From Escherichia phage P1, in sequence record MH445380.1: DNA of 64,000 nucleotides. The stretch is one strand, 5' to 3'. A program made the position numbers and the translations under genes. Below, in pieces: positions 23,432 to 33,295 of this stretch (positions are counted from its first letter, which is position 1; every line of letters starts with the position of its first letter). Below the pieces are notes generated by a model that was given only the letters and a program-made list of their open reading frames with translations, had not been told where the DNA came from and ran no database searches.

Positions 23432-23556
23432 GGAATTCCCTGCAAAATGTCAGGGAAGACTCTATGACCTTCAACGAGATATGTCAATAAATTCAAAATT
23501 CAATCCTATCCTGACGCAATTTACACATGGCATCTGACATCAGGTTAGGGTATGCC
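23432..23556. promoter_or_regulatory. Tn21 res region (second copy)
   Basis: Direct repeat of 9177..9295, here continuing into tnpM. Confidence 0.6.
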
Positions 23557-23907
23557 TCAACCTGACGGCGGCGAATCACAAGCGTCCGGTTTGACGCTGG
23601 TTTCGGTCGCAGTGCTGGCCCGCGCCTGGAAGCGCTGATAGCACTCCAGCCCGCAGAAATGCTCCACGTACTCGGCCCCTTCCGGCGTGAAGGCGGCATC
23701 GAGCGGGATTTCCTTGCAGCACACGCAGCAACTGGTGCTCGGTTCATTGGCGTTCATGGTGGTGTTCCTCCATTGGTTGACGAAGCCGACGAAGGCCGCC
23801 GCCGGCATCGGCCTGGCGAACAGGAAACCCTGCACCGTGTCGCAACCCGCCTGCCGCAACCACGCAAGGCAGTCGGGTGTTTCCACACCCTCGGCTACCA
23901 CCTCCAT
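23557..23907 (-). CDS. tnpM: Tn21 TnpM-like ORF (116 aa)
   Basis: ATG lies at the inner edge of IRi (23905..23907), as expected for the Tn21 urf2M arrangement; the longer track ORF crosses IRi. Confidence 0.65.
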
Positions 23908-23932
23908 TGTCGTTTTCAGAAGACGGCTGCAC
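23908..23932. repeat. Class 1 integron IRi (25 bp)
   Basis: TGTCGTTTTCAGAAGACGGCTGCAC. Confidence 0.85.
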
Positions 23933-24109
23933 TGAACGTCAGAAGCCGACTGCACTATAGCAGCGGAGGGGTTGGATCCATCAGGCAACGACGGGCTGCT
24001 GCCGGCCATCAGCGGACGCAGGGAGGACTTTCCGCAACCGGCCGTTCGATGCGGCACCGATGGCCTTCGCGCAGGGGTAGTGAATCCGCCAGGATTGACT
24101 TGCGCTGCC

Positions 24110-25123
24110 CTACCTCTCACTAGTGAGGGGCGGCAGCGCATCAAGCGGTGAGCGCACTCCGGCACCGCCAACTTTCAGCACATGCGTGTAAATCATCGTC
24201 GTAGAGACGTCGGAATGGCCGAGCAGATCCTGCACGGTTCGAATGTCGTAACCGCTGCGGAGCAAGGCCGTCGCGAACGAGTGGCGGAGGGTGTGCGGTG
24301 TGGCGGGCTTCGTGATGCCTGCTTGTTCTACGGCACGTTTGAAGGCGCGCTGAAAGGTCTGGTCATACATGTGATGGCGACGCACGACACCGCTCCGTGG
24401 ATCGGTCGAATGCGTGTGCTGCGCAAAAACCCAGAACCACGGCCAGGAATGCCCGGCGCGCGGATACTTCCGCTCAAGGGCGTCGGGAAGCGCAACGCCG
24501 CTGCGGCCCTCGGCCTGGTCCTTCAGCCACCATGCCCGTGCACGCGACAGCTGCTCGCGCAGGCTGGGTGCCAAGCTCTCGGGTAACATCAAGGCCCGAT
24601 CCTTGGAGCCCTTGCCCTCCCGCACGATGATCGTGCCGTGATCGAAATCCAGATCCTTGACCCGCAGTTGCAAACCCTCACTGATCCGCATGCCCGTTCC
24701 ATACAGAAGCTGGGCGAACAAACGATGCTCGCCTTCCAGAAAACCGAGGATGCGAACCACTTCATCCGGGGTCAGCACCACCGGCAAGCGCCGCGACGGC
24801 CGAGGTCTTCCGATCTCCTGAAGCCAGGGCAGATCCGTGCACAGCACCTTGCCGTAGAAGAACAGCAAGGCCGCCAATGCCTGACGATGCGTGGAGACCG
24901 AAACCTTGCGCTCGTTCGCCAGCCAGGACAGAAATGCCTCGACTTCGCTGCTGCCCAAGGTTGCCGGGTGACGCACACCGTGGAAACGGATGAAGGCACG
25001 AACCCAGTGGACATAAGCCTGTTCGGTTCGTAAACTGTAATGCAAGTAGCGTATGCGCTCACGCAACTGGTCCAGAACCTTGACCGAACGCAGCGGTGGT
25101 AACGGCGCAGTGGCGGTTTTCAT
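24110..25123 (-). CDS. intI1: Class 1 integron integrase IntI1 (337 aa, intact)
   Basis: 337-aa tyrosine recombinase ORF ending ...[24 protein letters not shown]. Confidence 0.95.
25008..25036 (+). promoter_or_regulatory. Integron Pc promoter (TGGACA-17 bp-TAAACT) of second integron
   Basis: tggaca at 25008..25013 and taaact at 25031..25036. Confidence 0.6.
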
Positions 25124-25269
25124 GGCTTGTTATGACTGTTTTTTTGTACAGTCTATGCCTCGGGCATCCAAGCAGCAAGCGCGTTACGCCGTGGGTCGAT
25201 GTTTGATGTTATGGAGCAGCAACGATGTTACGCAGCAGGGCAGTTGCCCTAAAACAAAGTTAACCCAGG

Positions 25270-25752
25270 ATGAGAACCTTGAAAGTATCATTGATGGCTG
25301 CGAAAGCGAAAAACGGCGTGATTGGTTGCGGTCCAGACATACCCTGGTCCGCGAAAGGGGAGCAGCTACTTTTTAAAGCATTGACCTACAATCAGTGGCT
25401 TCTGGTGGGTCGCAAGACGTTTGAATCTATGGGCGCACTCCCCAATAGGAAATACGCGGTCGTTACCCGCTCAGGTTGGACATCAAATGATGACAATGTA
25501 GTTGTATTTCAGTCAATCGAAGAGGCCATGGACAGGCTAGCTGAATTCACCGGTCACGTTATAGTGTCTGGTGGCGGAGAAATTTACCGAGAAACATTAC
25601 CCATGGCCTCTACGCTCCACTTATCGACGATCGACATCGAGCCAGAGGGGGATGTTTTCTTCCCGAGTATTCCAAATACCTTCGAAGTTGTTTTTGAGCA
25701 ACACTTTACTTCAAACATTAACTATTGCTATCAAATTTGGAAAAAGGGTTAA
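25270..25752 (+). CDS. dfrA14: Trimethoprim-resistant dihydrofolate reductase, DfrA5/DfrA14 group
   Basis: DHFR ORF ...[18 protein letters not shown]...[12 protein letters not shown]; likely TTG start at 25279 giving 157 aa; allele not resolvable by eye. Confidence 0.8.
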   Translation: MRTLKVSLMAAKAKNGVIGCGPDIPWSAKGEQLLFKALTYNQWLLVGRKTFESMGALPNRKYAVVTRSGWTSNDDNVVVFQSIEEAMDRLAEFTGHVIVSGGGEIYRETLPMASTLHLSTIDIEPEGDVFFPSIPNTFEVVFEQHFTSNINYCYQIWKKG

Positions 25753-25963
25753 CAAAGCTATGCAATCGACGGCAAAAAGCTTCGTTCGCTTCGCGCACTA
25801 CGCCTTTTCCGCGATTGATAGCGACGTTATGTGAATATTGAAATGAGCATTCCAAAGAAAGGAAGTAGAAAAATTATCGTGGGCGAAAATGAGTTTTTGT
25901 GGCTCATTAGGTCAAAACTCACATATTCGCAGGACTGTTTAGGTACAGAAATGACTGCGGTCG

Positions 25964-26239
25964 TTGAACCGGATGCCGGTCCTCACTGATGAAGAAGTGA
26001 ACACCGTACGGGAATCGTGCCGGCAGCTTGGAGCTATCGGCCGGAACCTCAACCAGGTGGCCAGGGCCTTGAACATCGAGTTCAGGGAAAGTGACAAGCT
26101 CAAGCAAGAGGCCATCGAAAAACTGGCCGAACGGATCGACCAGCATTTGGACCATGTGTCTGAGCTGTTCGATAAGACCTGGAGCCGGTGGCACGATTGT
26201 CATTTTCAGAAGACGACTGCACCAGTTGATTGGGCGTAA
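25964..26239 (+). pseudogene. MobC-like mobilisation protein fragment
   Basis: 91-codon ORF MNRMPVLTDEEVNTVRESCRQLGAIGRNLNQVARALN...; 3-prime end overlaps the IRt-like repeat. Confidence 0.4.
26198..26222. repeat. Class 1 integron IRt-like 25-bp repeat next to IS6100
   Basis: TGTCATTTTCAGAAGACGACTGCAC, same orientation as IRi. Confidence 0.75.
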
Positions 26240-26320
26240 TGGCTGTTGTGCAGCCAGCTCCTGACAGTTCAATATCAGAAGTGATCTGCACCAATCTCGA
26301 CTATGCTCAATACTCGTGTG

Positions 26321-27200
26321 GGCTCTGTTGCAAAAATCGTGAAGCTTGAGCATGCTTGGCGGAGATTGGACGGACGGAACGATGACGGATTTCAAGTGGC
26401 GCCATTTCCAGGGTGATGTGATCCTGTGGGCGGTGCGCTGGTATTGTCGCTATCCGATCAGCTATCGCGACCTTGAGGAAATGCTGGCGGAACGCGGCAT
26501 TTCGGTCGACCATACGACGATCTATCGCTGGGTCCAGTGCTACGCCCCGGAGATGGAGAAGCGGCTGCGCTGGTTCTGGCGGCGTGGCTTTGATCCGAGC
26601 TGGCGCCTGGATGAAACCTACGTCAAGGTGCGGGGCAAGTGGACCTACCTGTACCGGGCAGTCGACAAGCGGGGCGACACGATCGATTTCTACCTGTCGC
26701 CGACCCGCAGCGCCAAGGCAGCGAAGCGGTTCCTGGGCAAGGCCCTGCGAGGCCTGAAGCACTGGGAAAAGCCTGCCACGCTCAATACCGACAAAGCGCC
26801 GAGCTATGGTGCAGCGATCACCGAATTGAAGCGCGAAGGAAAGCTGGACCGGGAGACGGCCCACCGGCAGGTGAAGTATCTCAATAACGTGATCGAGGCC
26901 GATCACGGAAAGCTCAAGATACTGATCAAGCCGGTGCGCGGTTTCAAATCGATCCCCACGGCCTATGCCACGATCAAGGGATTCGAAGTCATGCGAGCCC
27001 TGCGCAAAGGACAGGCTCGCCCCTGGTGCCTGCAGCCCGGCATCAGGGGCGAGGTGCGCCTTGTGGAGAGAGCTTTTGGCATTGGGCCCTCGGCGCTGAC
27101 GGAGGCCATGGGCATGCTCAACCACCATTTCGCAGCAGCCGCCTGATCGGCGCAGAGCGACAGCCTACCTCTGACTGCCGCCAATCTTTGCAACAGAGCC
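26321..27200 (+). mobile_element. IS6100 (880 bp)
   Basis: 14-bp IRs GGCTCTGTTGCAAA at 26321 and complement ending 27200; IS6-family transposase CDS 26382..27146. Confidence 0.95.
26382..27146 (+). CDS. IS6100 transposase (254 aa)
   Basis: [39 protein letters not shown]... Confidence 0.93.
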   Translation: MTDFKWRHFQGDVILWAVRWYCRYPISYRDLEEMLAERGISVDHTTIYRWVQCYAPEMEKRLRWFWRRGFDPSWRLDETYVKVRGKWTYLYRAVDKRGDTIDFYLSPTRSAKAAKRFLGKALRGLKHWEKPATLNTDKAPSYGAAITELKREGKLDRETAHRQVKYLNNVIEADHGKLKILIKPVRGFKSIPTAYATIKGFEVMRALRKGQARPWCLQPGIRGEVRLVERAFGIGPSALTEAMGMLNHHFAAAA

Positions 27201-27638
27201 CGCCGTGCTAGTCTGCTCGGTGATGGTGGAGTGAAGCCAACCCGCAATCGGGTTATGAATCTGCATCGCGATTCGCAATCAGCTGTCTCTTGAGCATGTC
27301 GAACTCCTGCGATGTTATCTCGCCGTGCTCGTGCTGCTACACCAACTTGTCCAACTCATCCGCCACACCGCTCCCCACCACCTGCGATGGCCAGGTTGTT
27401 TGCTGGGCGCATTGGCGGAGTATCGTCTCGACCCGGGACACCCACACCGGCACAACCTTACGGGAGTGATTCACTGTCAAAGAATCGGCCCAGTGCTCTG
27501 ACGCAAGTATCGGGATGGTCACCATTTGTAAGCCGTAGACCTGAGTGGTGATCAAGACTTCGATACCACCGACCGTACCGGTACTAATCGACGACGGTCG
27601 TGTTCGTCGCCTGCCGCAGGGACTCTGCACACCTCCGT

Positions 27639-28223
27639 TTACGCATGTGCCTGGAGGAGTTGGAAATCGTCGTGTTCGGGAAACATTAAACACAGGATGG
27701 CAGCGATCTGAGCCAGCACATGATCAGCTAGCTCACCATCCGGATCGACGGCCCACTGCATCGTCGCGCCAGCGATGACCGAGTGCAGGAGCAACTCAGC
27801 TGCCGCAGGAGCACCTGGGGGCAGTCGCTTGCGGATCCCCTCCACCACCGCGCGGTTCCGCTGGATCGCAAGCGTGCGTAGCTCCGGCACCTGGAGCTCG
27901 TACCAGGAGATGAGATAGTTCACCGAGAAGTCGTTGCGAGTGTTCATGCTCCGAACGAGCACCTGCAAAAATTCCCAGAGCCCTTGCGGCCCTGCGCCTA
28001 TCGGTATCGCATTCAGGTAATGCCGCACCTGCTCGACGCCGCGCTCCATCATCCTCACCAGCAGCGTATCGCGGTTGGTGAAGCGCTGGATTAACGCTGC
28101 GCGGGAGAGCCCCACCTCCTTTGCTACTCCGCTGAGCGTGAACTCTATGGGACCGCAACGCTTCAGCACTACGGTGGCGGCCTCGAGTACCTCGTCATCG
28201 GACTTGAGCTTGGGGCGGGGCAT
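27639..28223 (-). CDS. mphR(A): TetR-family repressor MphR(A) (194 aa)
   Basis: 194-aa TetR-type ORF at the end of the mph(A)-mrx-mphR operon. Confidence 0.9.
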   Translation of the reverse strand: MPRPKLKSDDEVLEAATVVLKRCGPIEFTLSGVAKEVGLSRAALIQRFTNRDTLLVRMMERGVEQVRHYLNAIPIGAGPQGLWEFLQVLVRSMNTRNDFSVNYLISWYELQVPELRTLAIQRNRAVVEGIRKRLPPGAPAAAELLLHSVIAGATMQWAVDPDGELADHVLAQIAAILCLMFPEHDDFQLLQAHA

Positions 28224-29461
28224 CAGTGTTCACCTTCTGTATGGGTTGGGGCGGAGGCTGTGGCTGCCGCCGCCATTGTAGCAAATTGAAGACGGAGCGA
28301 GAGTAGAGCCACGAGCCCCGCAAACACGGCCGATACAACGAGGCCAGGGAGCGGACCAGCAAGGTCGACAAACGCGCCGGCCGCAAGCATAACCATGGGC
28401 GAGGCTGACAGCATCACCGCCGAGACCGTGCCGAGTACCCGGCCGAGAAGTTCTGGCGGCGTGCGGTTGTAGATGGCAGCGTTGAGAATGGGAGAGACTG
28501 AGCCGGTCAGCAGTCCCACGAGCGCGCCCAACAACATCAGCACCGGCACGCCTGGCAACTGTGAAAGCAGAAGCGAGCCCACCGCAGAGCCACAAAATGC
28601 CACCGCCAGCCAGTTCTGCGCTGATATCCGGGCGCCGACCGACGCATGAATGGCAATGCCAAGGAGACCACCAGCCCCCATCATTGAGGAGAACAGCCCG
28701 AGCTCTGCTACTTGGCGTCCTGCATCTACAAACAGCGCAGGCATGATGACGCTGCCGTTGGCGCCAACGATGCCCACGAAGATCATCACTATACCAAAGA
28801 GAGGGCGCAGCAGGGGTTCGCTCCAGAGAAAAGCGACGCCGGCGCGCATGGAGAGAGTCGCCGTCGTGGTCATCGTCCGAGCGGCACGCGCGGGAAGCAC
28901 CCACGCGCCGAGCAGACCTGCAAGGACGGAGCAGAACGCCGTCAGCCCGAGCGTTGGCGCAGCGCCAAGCAGGCCGATTGCGGCCCCCCCAAGGGCCGGG
29001 CCACCTAGAATCGCGACGTTCCCGATCACCGCTTTCAGTGACGAGACGCGCTCAACGGAGAGCCCGGCGACGTGGCCGAGTTTGGGCAGCTCACTGTCCT
29101 GCGCGGCCATACCGGGTGCGTCGAACGCGGCACCGAGCACCACGCAAGCGATCAGCCCAGTGTTCGAGAGGGCGCCAACGGCATCGAGCAGTGGGATGCT
29201 CGCCATGGCCACGCCGCCCACCACACCCGAGATCAATGCGACGGGCGCGCGCCCGAACCGATCGACGAGGCCACCACCAACCCACGCGCCGATGATGGTC
29301 GCGATGACGCTGCTAGCGGCCGTGGCGCCCGCCCAGGCCGCGCTCTTTGTATGAGACAGGACGAACCATGGAAGCGCGAGGGCCGCCACCGCGTTGCCGA
29401 TCCGGAAGAGAAAGGTCGCCGCGAACAGCGTCGCGAGCGGGCTATATCGACGTTCGCTCAT
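28223..29461 (-). CDS. mrx: MFS membrane protein Mrx (412 aa)
   Basis: 412-aa multi-TM ORF between mph(A) and mphR(A). Confidence 0.9.
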   Translation of the reverse strand: MSERRYSPLATLFAATFLFRIGNAVAALALPWFVLSHTKSAAWAGATAASSVIATIIGAWVGGGLVDRFGRAPVALISGVVGGVAMASIPLLDAVGALSNTGLIACVVLGAAFDAPGMAAQDSELPKLGHVAGLSVERVSSLKAVIGNVAILGGPALGGAAIGLLGAAPTLGLTAFCSVLAGLLGAWVLPARAARTMTTTATLSMRAGVAFLWSEPLLRPLFGIVMIFVGIVGANGSVIMPALFVDAGRQVAELGLFSSMMGAGGLLGIAIHASVGARISAQNWLAVAFCGSAVGSLLLSQLPGVPVLMLLGALVGLLTGSVSPILNAAIYNRTPPELLGRVLGTVSAVMLSASPMVMLAAGAFVDLAGPLPGLVVSAVFAGLVALLSLRLQFATMAAAATASAPTHTEGEH

Positions 29462-30363
29462 TCCGCTGCGGCGAGCTGCGCCTTCGCCGCAGCGAGGTAC
29501 TCTTCGTTACCCGAGTCGAGGGCGAAGAGTGCGTAGGTGACCGCCCCGAACGCAAGGCGCTCCGCGATGTGGTGGGCGAGCCGCGGCCACACCCGGCCAC
29601 CGGCCGCTTCATACGTGAGGAGGAGCTTCGCGAGCCCCTCTTCACCAAAGACCATAAGGTGCGCGGCCATGTCGATGGCAGGGTCATCAACGCGGGCCTC
29701 GCTCCAGTCGATCATCCCGCTGACGCGCTCCGTGTTGTCGATGAGCACATGGCCCACGTAGAGATCGCCATGCACCACCACGGAGAAATCTGGCCACGAC
29801 GAATCGTCGTCGAGCCAGCGCTGCCACCGGTGGAGGCGCTTGTCGTTCACCACGAACTCGCGTCGGACGCGGTCAACGTCGTCGGCCACCTTCTGACGGG
29901 CCTGCGTCGGTGTACGGATGAGCATCCCCGCATCCACGGCGGCGGAAATGGGGACGGCATGCAGGGCGGCGAGCGCGGTCGCGAAGCTCTCCGCGAAGAC
30001 CTCCGAGTCCTGCGGCACGACCCAGTCGGGCGTGGACGAACCAGGCTGGATGACCATCGCAGTCGAGTCTTCGAGCATGGGATAGGCAACGAGCTCGGCG
30101 TTGGCCACGCGCCAGTCCGGCACCGCGAACGGCAGGCGATTCTTGAGCATTGCCAGCACCCGCGCCTCTGGTTCGACCTTCGCGCTTACCTCGGCTCGGC
30201 GCGGGATGCGCAGCACCCACCGACGTCCATCGTCGACGGTGGCGATCACGATCCTATAGTCGAGCCCAAGCTCATTGACAGTCAGCGGGCCATGGAGCTT
30301 GAGCCCATGTCGGGCTGCAAGTGCGTACAGTTGGGAGGTATCGGCGGTCGTGACTACGGTCAT
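29458..30363 (-). CDS. mph(A): Macrolide 2'-phosphotransferase Mph(A) (301 aa)
   Basis: 301-aa APH-like kinase ORF with HGDLYVGHVLID catalytic segment. Confidence 0.93.
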   Translation of the reverse strand: MTVVTTADTSQLYALAARHGLKLHGPLTVNELGLDYRIVIATVDDGRRWVLRIPRRAEVSAKVEPEARVLAMLKNRLPFAVPDWRVANAELVAYPMLEDSTAMVIQPGSSTPDWVVPQDSEVFAESFATALAALHAVPISAAVDAGMLIRTPTQARQKVADDVDRVRREFVVNDKRLHRWQRWLDDDSSWPDFSVVVHGDLYVGHVLIDNTERVSGMIDWSEARVDDPAIDMAAHLMVFGEEGLAKLLLTYEAAGGRVWPRLAHHIAERLAFGAVTYALFALDSGNEEYLAAAKAQLAAAE

Positions 30364-30432
30364 GATTCACTCCTGAGGGCTTGACGGGTTTAGCCACCTA
30401 AATGTAACAGTCACGTCGGTTATATTCAATCC

Positions 30433-31252
30433 GGCACTGTTGCAAAGTTAGCGATGAGGCAGCCTTTTGTCTTATTCAAAGGCCTTACATTTCAAAAACT
30501 CTGCTTACCAGGCGCATTTCGCCCAGGGGATCACCATAATAAAATGCTGAGGCCTGGCCTTTGCGTAGTGCACGCATCACCTCAATACCTTTGATGGTGG
30601 CGTAAGCCGTCTTCATGGATTTAAATCCCAGCGTGGCGCCGATTATCCGTTTCAGTTTGCCATGATCGCATTCAATCACGTTGTTCCGGTACTTAATCTG
30701 TCGGTGTTCAACGTCAGACGGGCACCGGCCTTCGCGTTTGAGCAGAGCAAGCGCGCGACCATAGGCGGGCGCTTTATCCGTGTTGATGAATCGCGGGATC
30801 TGCCACTTCTTCACGTTGTTGAGGATTTTACCCAGAAACCGGTATGCAGCTTTGCTGTTACGACGGGAGGAGAGATAAAAATCGACAGTGCGGCCCCGGC
30901 TGTCGACGGCCCGGTACAGATACGCCCAGCGGCCATTGACCTTCACGTAGGTTTCATCCATGTGCCACGGGCAAAGATCGGAAGGGTTACGCCAGTACCA
31001 GCGCAGCCGTTTTTCCATTTCAGGCGCATAACGCTGAACCCAGCGGTAAATCGTGGAGTGATCGACATTCACTCCGCGTTCAGCCAGCATCTCCTGCAGC
31101 TCACGGTAACTGATGCCGTATTTGCAGTACCAGCGTACGGCCCACAGAATGATGTCACGCTGAAAATGCCGGCCTTTGAATGGGTTCATGTGCAGCTCCA
31201 TCAGCAAAAGGGGATGATAAGTTTATCACCACCGACTATTTGCAACAGTGCC
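30433..31252 (-). mobile_element. IS26 (820 bp), copy 3, same orientation as copy 1
   Basis: IRs at 30433..30446 and 31239..31252; Tnp26 CDS 30485..31189 minus strand. Confidence 0.97.
30485..31189 (-). CDS. tnp26: IS26 transposase Tnp26
   Basis: Identical to other copies. Confidence 0.95.
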   Translation of the reverse strand: MNPFKGRHFQRDIILWAVRWYCKYGISYRELQEMLAERGVNVDHSTIYRWVQRYAPEMEKRLRWYWRNPSDLCPWHMDETYVKVNGRWAYLYRAVDSRGRTVDFYLSSRRNSKAAYRFLGKILNNVKKWQIPRFINTDKAPAYGRALALLKREGRCPSDVEHRQIKYRNNVIECDHGKLKRIIGATLGFKSMKTAYATIKGIEVMRALRKGQASAFYYGDPLGEMRLVSRVFEM

Positions 31253-31325
31253 AACGCCGGGTTATTCTTATTTGTCGCTTCTTTACTCGCCTTTATCGGC
31301 CTTCACTCAAGGATGTATTGTGGTT

Positions 31326-32186
31326 ATGCGTTATATTCGCCTGTGTATTATCTCCCTGTTAGCCACCCTGCCGCTGGCGGTACACGCCAGCCCGCAGCCG
31401 CTTGAGCAAATTAAACAAAGCGAAAGCCAGCTGTCGGGCCGCGTAGGCATGATAGAAATGGATCTGGCCAGCGGCCGCACGCTGACCGCCTGGCGCGCCG
31501 ATGAACGCTTTCCCATGATGAGCACCTTTAAAGTAGTGCTCTGCGGCGCAGTGCTGGCGCGGGTGGATGCCGGTGACGAACAGCTGGAGCGAAAGATCCA
31601 CTATCGCCAGCAGGATCTGGTGGACTACTCGCCGGTCAGCGAAAAACACCTTGCCGACGGCATGACGGTCGGCGAACTCTGCGCCGCCGCCATTACCATG
31701 AGCGATAACAGCGCCGCCAATCTGCTGCTGGCCACCGTCGGCGGCCCCGCAGGATTGACTGCCTTTTTGCGCCAGATCGGCGACAACGTCACCCGCCTTG
31801 ACCGCTGGGAAACGGAACTGAATGAGGCGCTTCCCGGCGACGCCCGCGACACCACTACCCCGGCCAGCATGGCCGCGACCCTGCGCAAGCTGCTGACCAG
31901 CCAGCGTCTGAGCGCCCGTTCGCAACGGCAGCTGCTGCAGTGGATGGTGGACGATCGGGTCGCCGGACCGTTGATCCGCTCCGTGCTGCCGGCGGGCTGG
32001 TTTATCGCCGATAAGACCGGAGCTAGCAAGCGGGGTGCGCGCGGGATTGTCGCCCTGCTTGGCCCGAATAACAAAGCAGAGCGCATTGTGGTGATTTATC
32101 TGCGGGATACGCCGGCGAGCATGGCCGAGCGAAATCAGCAAATCGCCGGGATCGGCGCGGCGCTGATCGAGCACTGGCAACGCTAA
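31326..32186 (+). CDS. blaSHV-12: SHV-type class A beta-lactamase with Q35, S238, K240 (SHV-12-like ESBL), 286 aa
   Basis: [38 protein letters not shown]...[12 protein letters not shown]...; substitutions relative to SHV-1 as I recall it; track ORF has a 26-codon artefactual extension. Confidence 0.88.
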   Translation: MRYIRLCIISLLATLPLAVHASPQPLEQIKQSESQLSGRVGMIEMDLASGRTLTAWRADERFPMMSTFKVVLCGAVLARVDAGDEQLERKIHYRQQDLVDYSPVSEKHLADGMTVGELCAAAITMSDNSAANLLLATVGGPAGLTAFLRQIGDNVTRLDRWETELNEALPGDARDTTTPASMAATLRKLLTSQRLSARSQRQLLQWMVDDRVAGPLIRSVLPAGWFIADKTGASKRGARGIVALLGPNNKAERIVVIYLRDTPASMAERNQQIAGIGAALIEHWQR

Positions 32187-32206
32187 CCCGGCGGTGGCCG
32201 CGCGCG

Positions 32207-32968
32207 TTATCCGGCCCGCAGCACCTCGCAGGCGTGCCGGGCGATATGACTGGCGGCGGCATCGGAAAGATGCCGGTCGGTAATGATGGTGGTGAACCGG
32301 GTCAAAGGTAACGCCATAAACGTGGCCACCTGATTGTATTTCGAACTGTCGCACAGCAGGATGCTTCTCGCGCTGACCTGGCTGACGGTCTCCTTGACGG
32401 TAACCTTGTTCTCATCAGGGGTGAATATCCCGCGACTGTCCCAGCCGCTGGCGGAGATAAAGGCCGTATCGATAGCCAGGTGGCGTAACGTACGCGCCGC
32501 CGATTCGCCCACGCAGGAGCGGTTCTCCCGGCACAGAGTGCCGCCGGTGTGGATCACGCCGCACTGGCTGGCATCGATCAGCAGCTGGGTTATCTCAAAA
32601 TCATTGGTGACCACCTGGAGATCGTTCCGGTCGAGGATCGCCCGCGCCAGCGCCAGGGTGGTAGTCCCGGCATCCAGATAGATGCAACTGTTTTTAGCGA
32701 TATGACTCGCCGCCAGCGCGCCGATCGCCTGTTTCTCCTCACTCTGCAGCGTGCTTTTCACCAGATGACTGGGTTCCGCGGCCAGCCGGCTGACGGCGCG
32801 TACGCCGCCCGAGACGCTGACCAGCAGCCCCTGCTCCTCCAGTTTACTGACGTCCCGACGGATGGTCATATGGGACACGCCGAGGATCTCCGTCAGCTCG
32901 TTAATGCTTACCGCCCCACGCTGCTCCACCAGGGCTAAAATACGCTGATGTCGTTCTATTGGAATCAC
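32207..32968 (-). CDS. DeoR-family transcriptional regulator (chromosome-derived passenger)
   Basis: N-terminal HTH (RHQRILALVEQRGAVSINELTEILGVSHMTIRRDVSKLEEQGLL) plus sugar-binding-like C-domain. Confidence 0.8.
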   Translation of the reverse strand: MIPIERHQRILALVEQRGAVSINELTEILGVSHMTIRRDVSKLEEQGLLVSVSGGVRAVSRLAAEPSHLVKSTLQSEEKQAIGALAASHIAKNSCIYLDAGTTTLALARAILDRNDLQVVTNDFEITQLLIDASQCGVIHTGGTLCRENRSCVGESAARTLRHLAIDTAFISASGWDSRGIFTPDENKVTVKETVSQVSARSILLCDSSKYNQVATFMALPLTRFTTIITDRHLSDAAASHIARHACEVLRAG

Positions 32969-33106
32969 CGCTCTCCCCTTACCATTTTTTCACACCAGGC
33001 GTCACCACCCAGGCTACGGCCCTGGCGACACCCGGTGTTGTTATCGCGCTTTGCCGCTGTTTTTTACGCTATTTTAGGGCAAGAATCGCCGCTGTGCAGC
33101 CTCTTT

Positions 33107-33144
33107 GGGGGAACCGCAGAATTCGGAAAAAATCGTACGCTAAG
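33107..33144. repeat. Tn1721-type 38-bp IR (left)
   Basis: GGGGGAACCGCAGAATTCGGAAAAAATCGTACGCTAAG. Confidence 0.88.
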
Positions 33145-33295
33145 CTAACGGTGTTCTCGTGACAGCTCTTTGACTAGGCTTTCTAAGGCCATTCTGATAG
33201 CCCTGACTTCCTGAAAAGCCATGGCTAAAATTTGTGCGGCTAAAAGGGATAACCGATGGTAAAGTAAGTTATCCCTGTCGAGATACTGAAAAGCG

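Noticed and set aside
23557-24171. 204-aa ORF on the minus strand
   Set aside because: Only the last 116 codons (from the ATG at 23907) correspond to the tnpM-like gene; the upstream part crosses IRi into the intI1 3-prime region.
29347-30384. 345-aa GC-rich ORF antisense to mph(A), with similar antisense ORFs across mrx and the tnpA genes (e.g. 28230..28904, 6013..6423, 7678..8406, 36191..36973)
   Set aside because: High-GC coding regions produce long antisense open frames; the sense-strand genes are well-supported families.
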